A stretch of DNA of 64,000 bases from Chthonomonadales bacterium (GCA_020849275.1 JADLGO010000027.1:6562-70561); one strand, 5' to 3'. Positions 18,090 through 27,197 are shown, numbered from the stretch's first letter. Notes: generated by a model not told the origin, from the letters alone. Made by a program: numbers and translations.

Positions 18090-19061
18090 ATGACAGCACG
18101 ACTTGCGCTCCTCGTCGCTGCCCTGGTGGTGGTGCTGGCTCCCCTGGCCGCCGGCCAGGGCGCCGCCCCGGCGCCCGGCCCCATCGGCACGGTCAACTAC
18201 TGGCAGCTCAACGTGCGTTCGGCCCCTGGCGCATGGAACCGGCGCGTAGCCGTGCTCTCGCGCGGCGCCGCGTTGACCCGCGTGGCCGAGAGCGGTCCCT
18301 GGTCGCAGGTACGTCTGCCGGACGGCCGGGAGGGATGGGTGCCCTCGCGCTACGTCACCTGGCAGCCCGTGCCCGCCACCGGCGCGCCTCTCGAGGGGGC
18401 GCCGAGCGACGAGGCGCTCGCTGGCGCGGCGGCCGCGCCTCCGAAGCCCGCCGCCGCTACGCTGCCGCCCGTCGCGGCGGCGGCCGGCAAGCCCGCGGCC
18501 CCGGACGGCGCACTGAAGGGCACGCGGCCCGACCCGGCGCCTCGAACGCAGGACGGGCCGGGCGCCGCGCTCGCGAGTGGATGGCGCCTCCTCGTCTACC
18601 TTGTCCCGGTCCTCGTTCTGGTGGTGCTCTCGATCCGCGGCCTTCGCGCGCTCCAGGCTCGCGTCGGCACGGCCCCCGCGCTGCCCTCGCTGCGCGCCGG
18701 GCTCCTGGGCGGCCTGAACCTGGTGAACGCGCGAGCCTCTGGAGGCAGCAGCATCCGCGTGCTCGAGTCCGTGCCGCTCGGGACGGTCGGGGTTCACCTG
18801 CTGGAGGTCCGGGGCCGCGAGCTGCTGATCGCCACTGCCGGCGCGAACGTGACGCTGCTGGACACGCTTCCCCGGACGGAAGGCGGCGAGGGCGGCCCGT
18901 TCCGCGAGCAGCTTCGGGGCGCCGCGGCCGACATGGCGGCCGCCGGTGGAGCGGGCATTGGCGTCGAGGCGCTGGTGGGAAGCCTCGATGACCGCCTGCG
19001 CGATGCGCGCGAGGCGATCGTGCGCAGCGCCGCTCGCCTGCGGCGCAACGGGGAGGCCTAG
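18090..19061 (+). CDS. fliO: FliO-like flagellar export protein fused to an N-terminal signal peptide and SH3b domain
   Basis: ATG at 18090 with GGAGG 10 nt upstream. Signal peptide MTARLALLVAALVVVLAPLAAG. SH3_3-like LNVRSAPGAWNRRVAVLSRGAALTRVAESGPWSQVRLPDGREGWVPSRYV. Pro/Ala linker, then TM segment WRLLVYLVPVLVLVVLSI. FliO core IRVLESVPLGTVGVHLLEVRGRELLIATAGANVTLLDTL. Confidence 0.65.
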   Translation: MTARLALLVAALVVVLAPLAAGQGAAPAPGPIGTVNYWQLNVRSAPGAWNRRVAVLSRGAALTRVAESGPWSQVRLPDGREGWVPSRYVTWQPVPATGAPLEGAPSDEALAGAAAAPPKPAAATLPPVAAAAGKPAAPDGALKGTRPDPAPRTQDGPGAALASGWRLLVYLVPVLVLVVLSIRGLRALQARVGTAPALPSLRAGLLGGLNLVNARASGGSSIRVLESVPLGTVGVHLLEVRGRELLIATAGANVTLLDTLPRTEGGEGGPFREQLRGAAADMAAAGGAGIGVEALVGSLDDRLRDAREAIVRSAARLRRNGEA

Positions 19062-19065
19062 GGCG

Positions 19066-19917
19066 ATGCGGCGGGGCGCGAATGGGACCGCGGCGCCACC
19101 CGAGCGCTCGTTCGAGCGCTTGCTCCCGTGCACCGCGCGGCTGGTGCGCGCGGCGACGGGCCCGCGCCCGCTCTGCGCCGCGGCGGCGGTGGCCCTGCTG
19201 GCCGGCGCAGCGGCCATCGTCTCGGCCCAGTCGCTGCCGGCCATTCCGCGCGTGAGCATCGGCGTGGAGCGCGCCCGCAATCCCGCCGACGTCGCCGTGA
19301 CCCTTCAGGTGCTGATCATGCTGACGGTGCTGACGCTGGCCCCGTCGATCCTGATCATGACGACCGCCTTCACCCGGATCGTGATCGTGCTCTCGATCCT
19401 GCGCAGCGCGATCGGCCTGCCGCAGGTACCGCCGAACCAGGTGCTGGTGGGGCTCGCGCTGTTCATGACGTTCTTCGTGATGAGGCCAGTGCTCGAGCAG
19501 ATCAACGACACGGCGCTCCAGCCGTACCTGACGAGCAAGATCGCGTTCACGACCGCCGTCGACCGGGGGGTGAAGCCGCTGCGCGGCTTCATGGTCCGGC
19601 AGACCTACACGAAGGACATGGCGTTCTTCGTGAACCTCGCGCGCCTGGAGAAGGCGCCGGCCACTCCGGACGACGTGCCGCTGTCGGTCATCGTCCCGGC
19701 CTTCATCACCAGCGAGCTGAAGACCGCGTTCACGATGGGCTTCTACATCTACCTGCCGTTCCTGGTGATCGACATCGTGGTGGCGTCCACGCTGATGAGC
19801 ATGGGCATGATGATGCTGCCGCCCACGATGATCGCGCTGCCGGCCAAGATCCTGCTCTTCGTGCTGGCGAACGGCTGGACGCTGCTGCTCGGATCGCTGG
19901 CGAAGGGGTTCCGGTGA
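19066..19917 (+). CDS. fliP: Flagellar biosynthesis protein FliP
   Basis: ATG at 19066 after GGGAGG. Contains LTLAPSILIMTTAFTRIVIVLSILRSAIG and PAFITSELKTAFTMGFYIYLPFLVIDIVVAS. Confidence 0.92.
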   Translation: MRRGANGTAAPPERSFERLLPCTARLVRAATGPRPLCAAAAVALLAGAAAIVSAQSLPAIPRVSIGVERARNPADVAVTLQVLIMLTVLTLAPSILIMTTAFTRIVIVLSILRSAIGLPQVPPNQVLVGLALFMTFFVMRPVLEQINDTALQPYLTSKIAFTTAVDRGVKPLRGFMVRQTYTKDMAFFVNLARLEKAPATPDDVPLSVIVPAFITSELKTAFTMGFYIYLPFLVIDIVVASTLMSMGMMMLPPTMIALPAKILLFVLANGWTLLLGSLAKGFR

Positions 19918-19921
19918 GCGC

Positions 19922-20191
19922 ATGACGGAACAAGACGTTCTCACGGTCGCGCGGCAGTTCCTGGTGGTGACGCTGCAGCTCGCGCTGCCGATCCTGTTGT
20001 TCGGGCTGGTGGCCGGCGTGCTGGTGAGCATCTTCCAGGCGGCCACACAGATCCAGGAGTTCACGCTGACCTTCGTCCCGAAGCTCCTCGCCGTCGTGGC
20101 GGCGCTGGTGCTGTTCGGGTCGTGGATGCTGGCATCGCTGGTCGGGTTCCTGGTGAGGATGCTCAGTGAGATGCCGCCGATCACGAGGTGA
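19922..20191 (+). CDS. fliQ: Flagellar biosynthesis protein FliQ
   Basis: 89 aa with two TM segments. Contains SIFQAATQIQEFTLTFVPKLLAV. Confidence 0.9.
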   Translation: MTEQDVLTVARQFLVVTLQLALPILLFGLVAGVLVSIFQAATQIQEFTLTFVPKLLAVVAALVLFGSWMLASLVGFLVRMLSEMPPITR

Positions 20192-20230
20192 CTCGCGCGG
20201 TGGCTCGCCGCGCGCCACGGGGCTCTGTCC

Positions 20231-21001
20231 ATGACCGTCGGCGTTCACGAGTTCTGGACGTTCGCGCTGTGCTTCGCCCGGATCACGGCGCTCGTCGGTA
20301 CCGCTCCGGTGTTCGGCAGCCGCGCGATTCCGCACCAGACGAAGGTGGGGCTCTCGGCGCTGCTGGCGCTCGTGCTCATGCCGATCGTCTCCTCGCGCGT
20401 GGGGCCCGCCCCGGCCAACACCCTGAGCTTCGCCGCGCAGATCGGCGCCGAGGTGGCCGTCGGGCTCACGCTGGGCTTCCTCGCCACGCTCGTGTTCGCG
20501 TCGGTGCAGGTGGCGGGGGCATTCCTCGATATGCAGATGGGATTCGGCATCATGAGCGTGCTCAACCCCCTCAACGATATGCACTCCTCCGAGGTGGGGA
20601 CCTTCCTCTACCAGCTCGCGATCACGCTCTTCCTTCTCGCGGGTGGGCATCTCTACCTGGTGGGCACGCTCGCGGACGGCTACGCGGCGCTCCCGCCGGG
20701 CAGCGCGGGCTTCTCCGGCGACCTCTCGGGCACGCTGCTGGCGATGGCGGGCCAGATGTTCGCGCTTGCCTTCCGGATCGCCGCGCCGGCAGCGGCGGTC
20801 CTCCTTGTGGTGGACGTGGCGTTCGCCGTGGTGGCGCGCGCGGTGCCGCAGGTCAATGTGCTGATCGTGGGCCTGCCCGTGAAGATCCTGGTGGGGCTCA
20901 TGACGGTGGCGCTGTTGCTGCCGGCTCTCGCCGCGGTCATCGGGCAGATGACCCCCGGCATCGGCGGCGCGGCCGAGGCGTTCTACCGGGCGGCCCGGTG
21001 A
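20231..21001 (+). CDS. fliR: Flagellar biosynthesis protein FliR
   Basis: 256-aa polytopic protein containing FARITALVGTAPVFGSRAIP and FLDMQMGFGIMSVLNP. Confidence 0.9.
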   Translation: MTVGVHEFWTFALCFARITALVGTAPVFGSRAIPHQTKVGLSALLALVLMPIVSSRVGPAPANTLSFAAQIGAEVAVGLTLGFLATLVFASVQVAGAFLDMQMGFGIMSVLNPLNDMHSSEVGTFLYQLAITLFLLAGGHLYLVGTLADGYAALPPGSAGFSGDLSGTLLAMAGQMFALAFRIAAPAAAVLLVVDVAFAVVARAVPQVNVLIVGLPVKILVGLMTVALLLPALAAVIGQMTPGIGGAAEAFYRAAR

Positions 21002-21027
21002 CGGCCGCCGACGGGGCGCGATAGGCG

Positions 21028-22101
21028 ATGGCCGGCGACGAGAAGACCGAGGCAGCGACCCCCCGGAAGCGTGGCGAGATGCGCCGGCGCGGGCGCGTGG
21101 CCCGTAGCGCCGACCTCTCCTCCATGTGCGTCTTCATCGGCCTGATCGTCTGCCTGCACGCCGTGGGCGGCCAGACCATCGCCGGGCTTCAGACCTACCT
21201 GCAGTCCTCGCTCGGGGGCCTGCACGAGGCTTCGCTCTCCACGCCGACGCTCTTCACGCGCTCCGTTCAGGCGATGGTCGTGATCGGGCGCGCGGTGGGA
21301 CCCATTGCCCTGACCGGCCTGCTGATGGGCCTCATCGTGAGCTTCGCGCAGACCGGCTTTCTCTTCTCCACGCAGGCGCTCGCGCCGGACTTCACGCACA
21401 TGAACCCGCTCGTCGGCGTGCAGCGCATCGCCTCGGGGCGAGGAGTCGTGGAGACCGTGAAGGCACTCGCGAAGATCCTGATCATCGGCTACATCGCGTA
21501 TGGGGCGATCTCGAGCAACTACCCGCTGCTACTGGAGACGATTCGGCGCGACATCCCTTCGGCGCTCTCGGTGATCGGCGACCTGGTCTATCGTCTCGCG
21601 CTGCGGCTGGCGATGTGCCTGGCGGTGCTCGCGGCCCTCGACTACGCCTACCAGCGCTGGAGCTACGAGAGGTCGATCCGGATGACGAAAGAGGAGGTCA
21701 AGCAGGAGTCGAAACAGCAAGAGGGCGACCCGCTGATCCGGTCGCGCATTCGCGCGCGGCAGCGGCAGGCGGCCCGGCGCCGCATGATGGCCGAGGTGCC
21801 GACGGCGGACGTGGTGATCACCAACCCGACGCACTTCGCCGTTGCCCTGCGCTACGAGGCCGCGTCCATGGCCGCTCCGCGGGTGGTGGCGAAAGGGGCT
21901 GACCTGCTGGCGCTGCGGATCCGCGACCTGGCGCGCGAGCACACCGTGCCGGTGGTGGAGAACCCACCGCTCGCGCGCTCGCTATACCGCTCGGTGGAGG
22001 TGGGCGGCGAGGTGCCCTCGGAGCTCTACGCGGCGGTCGCCGAGGTGCTGGCCTACGTCTACCAGGTCGACTCGCGGCGGCTCGCGGCGACTCCCGCTTA
22101 G
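21028..22101 (+). CDS. flhB: Flagellar biosynthesis protein FlhB
   Basis: Begins MAGDEKTEAATPRKRGEMRRRG. The NPTHFAVAL autocleavage site is present. C-terminus PLARSLYRSVEVGGEVPSELYAAVAEVLAYVY. Confidence 0.92.
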   Translation: MAGDEKTEAATPRKRGEMRRRGRVARSADLSSMCVFIGLIVCLHAVGGQTIAGLQTYLQSSLGGLHEASLSTPTLFTRSVQAMVVIGRAVGPIALTGLLMGLIVSFAQTGFLFSTQALAPDFTHMNPLVGVQRIASGRGVVETVKALAKILIIGYIAYGAISSNYPLLLETIRRDIPSALSVIGDLVYRLALRLAMCLAVLAALDYAYQRWSYERSIRMTKEEVKQESKQQEGDPLIRSRIRARQRQAARRRMMAEVPTADVVITNPTHFAVALRYEAASMAAPRVVAKGADLLALRIRDLAREHTVPVVENPPLARSLYRSVEVGGEVPSELYAAVAEVLAYVYQVDSRRLAATPA

Positions 22102-22104
22102 CCG

Positions 22105-23361
22105 TCAGGCCGAGTCCGTGATGAGCTTCACCTTGATGCGCTCACTGAACGCGGTCGGCGCCCGAGGGGCTTCCCAACCTTCCGGCGGGTCCGTCCAGCG
22201 CCCGTCCTCCTTGATCAGGGCGATCAGCTCCTCGACGCCGCGCTCCTGCGGGATGCCGCTCTTAACCTCCTGGCGCTTACGGTAGAGCGAGATGCGGCCG
22301 CCCGCCTTCCCTATGTACCCGTAGTCGGCATCGGCCATCTCGCCGGGGCCGTTAACGATGCAGCCCATGACGGCAATGTCGAGCCCGGACAGGTGGCTGG
22401 TTGCGGCGCGCACGGCGCGCAGCACGGTCGGCAGGTCGAACTTGGTGCGGCCGCAGGACGGGCAGGCAATGTACTCGACGCGCGTCTTGCGCAGGCCCAG
22501 CGACTGGAGGATGGCGTAGCAAACGGGGAGCTCGTTGACGGGGTCCTCGGAGAGGGAGACGCGGATCGTGTCGCCGATGCCCTCGGCGAGGAGCGTGCCG
22601 ATGCCGCAGGTGCTCTTGACGCGCGCGTACTCGCCGTCGCCGGCCTCCGTGACTCCGAGGTGCAGCGGGTAGTCCATCCCCGCCTCCTCCATGCGACGGA
22701 CCATCAGGCGATTGGCGGCCAGCATCACGGGCACGCGGCTCGCCTTCAGCGAAACGACGATCTCGCGGAACTCGTTGCGCTCGCAGATTCGGATGTACTC
22801 GAGCGCGGACTCCACCATGCCCTCCGGTGTGTCCCCGTGCATCACGGTGAGCCGCTCGGCCAGGCTGCCGTGGTTGACCCCGATCCGCATCGCCACACCG
22901 CGCTCGCGGCAGGCAGCGAGCACCGGCTTGAGCTCTCGCTCAATCGCCTCCAGTTCCGCGTCGATCTCGTCCTGGGAGTAGTCCTCCGTGCGCTGGACCG
23001 GCTTGCTGAAGACGAAGAGGCCCGGATTGATGCGGACCTTGTCGACGTACCGGGCGACCTCGACGGCGATCGCGCTTCCCTGGTGGTGGACGTCGGCCAC
23101 GAGCGGCACGTCGCGGTAACGGCGGCGGACCTGCGCGCGGATCTCGCCCAGACAGCGCGCCTCCTGCATGTTGGGGGCCGTTACGCGCACGATCTCGGCG
23201 CCCGCGCGGTGCATCGCGATCACCTGGTCGGCGGCGGCGGGGACGTTATGCGTCTCCTCCGTGATCATCGACTGAACGACGACGGGGCTCTCGCCTCCGA
23301 TGGCGACGTCGCCGACGCGGACGGCACGCGTGAGGCGGCGCGGATAGGTGGTCTCGGGCAT
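22105..23361 (-). CDS. ispG: 4-hydroxy-3-methylbut-2-en-1-yl diphosphate synthase IspG (GcpE)
   Basis: ATG at 23361 gives [32 protein letters not shown]. Also contains [19 protein letters not shown] and GCIVNGPGE. The ORF-track start at 23595 is an over-extension. Confidence 0.92.
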   Translation of the reverse strand: MPETTYPRRLTRAVRVGDVAIGGESPVVVQSMITEETHNVPAAADQVIAMHRAGAEIVRVTAPNMQEARCLGEIRAQVRRRYRDVPLVADVHHQGSAIAVEVARYVDKVRINPGLFVFSKPVQRTEDYSQDEIDAELEAIERELKPVLAACRERGVAMRIGVNHGSLAERLTVMHGDTPEGMVESALEYIRICERNEFREIVVSLKASRVPVMLAANRLMVRRMEEAGMDYPLHLGVTEAGDGEYARVKSTCGIGTLLAEGIGDTIRVSLSEDPVNELPVCYAILQSLGLRKTRVEYIACPSCGRTKFDLPTVLRAVRAATSHLSGLDIAVMGCIVNGPGEMADADYGYIGKAGGRISLYRKRQEVKSGIPQERGVEELIALIKEDGRWTDPPEGWEAPRAPTAFSERIKVKLITDSA

Positions 23362-23397
23362 GAGCTGGTCTCGGTTGGCGCGATGTGGTCTCAGGCT

Positions 23398-23406
23398 ATT
23401 ATAGCA
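23398..23406 (-). promoter_or_regulatory. Extended -10 promoter element TGcTATAAT for ispG
   Basis: The minus strand reads gggTGCTATAATagcc, 37 nt upstream of the ispG ATG and immediately downstream of a terminator. Confidence 0.45.
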
Positions 23407-23417
23407 CCCGACGCCGA

Positions 23418-23451
23418 GCAAAGAAGACGGGCCGGCGCGAGCCGGCCCGTC
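23418..23451 (-). terminator. Intrinsic terminator of the PEP-CTERM gene
   Basis: The minus strand reads GACGGGCCGG-ctcgcg-CCGGCCCGTC (10-bp stem) followed by TTCTTTGC. It begins 30 nt after the stop codon. Confidence 0.6.
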
Positions 23452-23480
23452 GTGCACGAAGCGACCCGGGGCATCGCGCC

Positions 23481-24191
23481 CTACGAGTTGCGCCGCCTGC
23501 GCGCGAGGAAGGCGAAAGATATGGCGCCCGCTCCCAGTATGCCCAGCGTCCCCGGCTCCGGGACCGCGCCAGCCTGGACGGTGGGCGCTTCCCACAGCGC
23601 CACGTTGTCGAGGTAGGTGGTCTCGGAACCGGCGACCCAGTCACCGTTGATGAGCAGGTGGTCGAGCGAGCCCAGGACGGCCAGCATCTCGGCCCCCGTG
23701 GGCGCGCGGCCGCTCACGTAGTTGCCGAGGCGCCAGGAGCCGGGATCGAGCGGGGCGTCGTAGCTGCTCCACGGCACGTCGGGCAGTTGCGGTGCGTGGA
23801 ACAGACCCATGCCCGCGCCCACCAGCCAGACACCGGGACTGGTGACGGCCGCGCCGCTCGAGCTGCGCAGGTCGTAGGTGAGGCGGCCGCCATAGGCGTC
23901 CGACACGTCGCCGACGAACGCGCCGGGAGCCTCGAACCAGAACGTGTAGCCGCTCGGGTCCCGCATCGAGATGCCACCCCCGGCGCTTCCTCCCGCGGCG
24001 TTCCACGTCGGCGTGTAGATGCCGATGGTCTGCAGCGGCAGACCGCTCCCGGCGATATCGTGTACGGTCCAGCCGTCGGTATTGGTGTCGAACGTGCTGA
24101 CAGCGATCTGGGCCCGCGATCCGCCGGCCGCCAACGCGAGGGCGGCGGCCGCGATCGCGGCATTGAAACACAGACTCAGGCCCTTACCCAT
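23481..24191 (-). CDS. Secreted PEP-CTERM-anchored protein with a laminin-B (domain IV)-like module
   Basis: Signal peptide is present. [25 protein letters not shown] resembles the laminin-B motif. The C-terminus [27 protein letters not shown] is a textbook PEP-CTERM sorting signal. Confidence 0.8.
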   Translation of the reverse strand: MGKGLSLCFNAAIAAAALALAAGGSRAQIAVSTFDTNTDGWTVHDIAGSGLPLQTIGIYTPTWNAAGGSAGGGISMRDPSGYTFWFEAPGAFVGDVSDAYGGRLTYDLRSSSGAAVTSPGVWLVGAGMGLFHAPQLPDVPWSSYDAPLDPGSWRLGNYVSGRAPTGAEMLAVLGSLDHLLINGDWVAGSETTYLDNVALWEAPTVQAGAVPEPGTLGILGAGAISFAFLARRRRNS

Positions 24192-24258
24192 AGGACTTTC
24201 CTTTCCGTACGGGGGCGCTCCGTCGGTGGCGTCGCCCCCGCTCCCACAGCAAGTCTGA

Positions 24259-24273
24259 GCACAGCGCGTGCCA
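24259..24273 (-). promoter_or_regulatory. Sigma54-type promoter (TGGCACG-N4-gTGCT) upstream of the PEP-CTERM gene
   Basis: The minus strand reads gatTGGCACGcgctGTGCTcag. It matches the consensus TGGCACG-N4-TTGCW at all positions except one. It lies about 70 nt upstream of the ATG at 24191. Confidence 0.45.
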
Positions 24274-24350
24274 ATCGACCTCGCATAAATACGGGTTTTT
24301 CGCCGCGATGGGGCGTCCGCTGCCGGATCGCGAGGTCCCGCGGAGCGGAC

Positions 24351-25184
24351 TCACCCTTGCGGAGGCTCTGGTAGCCCCCGCCCGGCCGTCCGCGCGCACA
24401 GGTAGCGGCGTGCGACGAAGCGCCAGATGCCCGGCAGAAGGTCGATCACGGCGAGCGTCAGGCGTGACGCCGGAACGAGCATCACCACCGGAACCGGCCG
24501 TCGGGCCGCACGCACGATCCGGCGCGCGACGTCCTCCGGCGCGGCAGCAGGGAACCAGAGGCCCTCCACGTCGGGCACCCTCCTCTCCATCGCCTGGAAG
24601 AACGGAGTGCGCGTGAAGCCGGGCATCACGGTCGTGATGTGAAGGCCGGTGCCCTCCAGCTCGGCGCGCAGCGACTCGCCGAGCGCGTTCATGGCGGCCT
24701 TGGTCGCCGCGTAGGCGGAGTTGAGCGGCAGGGCGAAGCGGCCGGCCATCGAGGAGACGTTGACCAGGTGGCCGCTCCCTTGCCGCCGCATCTGGCGCAG
24801 CGCCACCTGGCAGCCGTGGAAGGCGCCCATGTAGTTCGTCTCCCAGATCCGGCGCATGTCGTCCGGCGTGGTCTGCTCCACGCTCGCCGCCATCCCGTAC
24901 CCGGCGTTGTTGACCCACACATCCACGCGGCCGAAGTGCTCCAGCGCGGCGTCCAGCAGCCGCTGCACCTGTGCCCGGTCGGCCACGTCCGTTGGGACGG
25001 CAAGCGCCCGCGCGCCGAGCGCCTCGATCGCCTCCCGCGCTCCTCGGAGCGGCTCCGGGCGGCGCGCCGCCACCACCAGGTGGCATCCCTCGCGCGCGAA
25101 GGCGAGAGCGGCCGCCCGGCCGATGCCGGACGAGCCGCCCGTCACGACCACGACCTTGCCACGCAGCGATCGCGCCATCGGCAC
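24351..25184 (-). CDS. Short-chain dehydrogenase/reductase (SDR) family oxidoreductase
   Basis: Contains TGGSSGIGRAAA, NNAG and the YAATKAA (YxxxK) motif. The start is either GTG 25184 or ATG 25178. Confidence 0.88.
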   Translation of the reverse strand: MPMARSLRGKVVVVTGGSSGIGRAAALAFAREGCHLVVAARRPEPLRGAREAIEALGARALAVPTDVADRAQVQRLLDAALEHFGRVDVWVNNAGYGMAASVEQTTPDDMRRIWETNYMGAFHGCQVALRQMRRQGSGHLVNVSSMAGRFALPLNSAYAATKAAMNALGESLRAELEGTGLHITTVMPGFTRTPFFQAMERRVPDVEGLWFPAAAPEDVARRIVRAARRPVPVVMLVPASRLTLAVIDLLPGIWRFVARRYLCARTAGRGLPEPPQG

Positions 25185-25199
25185 CCCCGCGCGGCGCGC

Positions 25200-27176
25200 T
25201 CAGGCGCCGAAGAAGTTGTAGGTCCGCACGTTCAGCAGCAGGCTCACGAGACCCCAGGCGCATCCCTGGACACAGTCGCCAAGGATCAGCCCCAGGAAGA
25301 ACGGCATGAGCCGGCGATAGGTGGCCAGGCCGCCATAGCGCATCGCCAGGAGCTTCGCGCACCAGGCGATCAGCAGCGGCAGCCAGACTAGGTGAATGCT
25401 CCAGCTCGACGAGATCGCGTAGCCGATCGGGTGGAGTGGGAAGCCCACGAAGCGCACGCGGAGGGCCATCAGGCCCAGGCACGACGCCAATCCGGCGCCC
25501 ATCGCCCATACGGCCGGCACGTTCGGGCGCGCGTCCTGTGAGCGCGCCACCCACCCGGAGAGCTTGTCGAACGCCTCTTGACCCTGGTAGAAGCCCTGGT
25601 TGAACTTCGCCGCGGCCCCCAGCGTGTAAGCCTGGTGCTCGTGGGCCCAGAAGGCGGAGAGCGTGCCCAGGACCGCGCTCAGCATGACGGCCCAGAACAT
25701 GGCGCCAGGCGACCACCCGCGCCTGTGCGCCGCGTAGAGGCCCTCCAGACCCACCGGCGCGATGTCGCCCCGATGGGCGCGGTTCGTGAAGAAGAACATG
25801 GAGAGCATGGCCAGGTCGGGCTGCCGCCAACCCGTGACCCCGAGGGCTCGGGGAAGCATTCGGTCGGGCCCGATGAAGTGGAAGTCGTGGACCGGCGGCC
25901 CGAGCTCCGCGCGGATCCGCACAATGGCCAGCAGGATGGCGAGGAAGACGGCGAAGTAGGCGAGGGCCAGCCGCAGCGTCATGCCGGCCAGCAGGCAGAA
26001 GCTGACGAGCGCGGCCAGGCCGAGGGCCAGCCCGACGAAGGCCGCGCGGTAGGAGAGTGCCTCACCGTCCGAGCCCGAGCCGAGCACGGCGGAGCGCCAG
26101 GCCTCCGCGAGGCTGCGGCGGCCTGTCCAGACATAGAATCCGGCCAGGCCCATCACGGCGCCGAAGCCCTGCTCGCGGATGAAGGGGAAGTCCGGCGTGA
26201 CATCCCAGGCGTACATGTTGGAGACCACCATCTGCGCCTTCCAGAACAGAAAGAAGAACCAGCACGAGAAGAGCAGGTCGAGCGGGAGGAGGTAGCCCAG
26301 GCCGATCGCCAGCGGGTAGAGCGTGGTGGGCAGCCAGTCGATGGCGCTCCAGGGCTTGCTGGTGAGGAAGGGCTTCCAGTCGAACGTGCCGAGCGGGATC
26401 ATCGGCACGGAGGGGTTGAGGAAGGCGATGCCGTTGAGCGTGCCGAGGCCGGCGGCGAGGGCGAAACCGGCCCACATCAGGCGGCTGCGAAAGAGCCCGT
26501 GCGTTGGCTCGCTCATCTGCAGCGGAAGCCAGACGACCGGGAAGCTGAGCCGCTCGCGGTCCTGCCACTGACGGCGAACCAGCACGTTGACGCACATGGC
26601 GGTCCATACCAGCGCGACCACGAAGGCGGTCCACGCGGCGACGGGGATCGCCCAGGCCTTCAGGCGCGATAGCGTGTAGAGCGTCGTGTTGCCCAGGTAG
26701 TGGCCGCGCACGGCGTCCGGGTCGCGCACCACCAGCCAGTCGGGGAAGGCGGTGAGGAAGTCGCCCCATCGGCCGGCGACGACGCCGAACCACGCGCCGT
26801 GGGGAAGCATCTGGCTGAGGATGGTGACGCCGTCCAGCCCGGCGAGGCCGGTGGAGACAGCCGTCATGGTGTAGATGGTGAGCAGCTCCGCCTGGCTGAA
26901 GGGCGGGCCCTGAGCCCGCGTGCGCAGGAGGGCGTTCATCGCGACGAGCAGGAGGAGGATGAAGATGGCGTTGGGGAAGAGGGAGAGGGTGGACGGGTAG
27001 GGGCCGAACTGAACGCGCTCCAGGCGGATGATCCAGAAGACGTTGGGAGGGATGAGCAGCGCGCCGAACAGGAAGGCCCGGGCGCGGATCTGCTCGGGAG
27101 CGGCGCGGCGCGTCGACACGGGGCCGCGCCCCTCCGACCGGCGTGGCCCGACGTCTGCCTGGAGCGACGCGCCCAC
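25200..27176 (-). CDS. Polytopic integral membrane protein of unknown function (about 15 TM segments)
   Basis: 658 aa, GTG start with GGAGG upstream. About 15 hydrophobic segments throughout. GC3 is high. I could not assign a family from the sequence. Confidence 0.75.
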   Translation of the reverse strand: MGASLQADVGPRRSEGRGPVSTRRAAPEQIRARAFLFGALLIPPNVFWIIRLERVQFGPYPSTLSLFPNAIFILLLLVAMNALLRTRAQGPPFSQAELLTIYTMTAVSTGLAGLDGVTILSQMLPHGAWFGVVAGRWGDFLTAFPDWLVVRDPDAVRGHYLGNTTLYTLSRLKAWAIPVAAWTAFVVALVWTAMCVNVLVRRQWQDRERLSFPVVWLPLQMSEPTHGLFRSRLMWAGFALAAGLGTLNGIAFLNPSVPMIPLGTFDWKPFLTSKPWSAIDWLPTTLYPLAIGLGYLLPLDLLFSCWFFFLFWKAQMVVSNMYAWDVTPDFPFIREQGFGAVMGLAGFYVWTGRRSLAEAWRSAVLGSGSDGEALSYRAAFVGLALGLAALVSFCLLAGMTLRLALAYFAVFLAILLAIVRIRAELGPPVHDFHFIGPDRMLPRALGVTGWRQPDLAMLSMFFFTNRAHRGDIAPVGLEGLYAAHRRGWSPGAMFWAVMLSAVLGTLSAFWAHEHQAYTLGAAAKFNQGFYQGQEAFDKLSGWVARSQDARPNVPAVWAMGAGLASCLGLMALRVRFVGFPLHPIGYAISSSWSIHLVWLPLLIAWCAKLLAMRYGGLATYRRLMPFFLGLILGDCVQGCAWGLVSLLLNVRTYNFFGA

Positions 27177-27197
27177 GGTCCTCCGCTTTCGGCGCCG

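Noticed and set aside
17097-19280. 727-aa minus-strand ORF across fliN, fliO and fliP (similar long antisense ORFs occur at 7607-9058, 9503-10600, 12970-14097, 18457-20232, 53676-55874 and 24184-25830)
   Set aside because: All are antisense or alternative frames of genes with strong family motifs. Such long open frames are an expected high-GC artefact.
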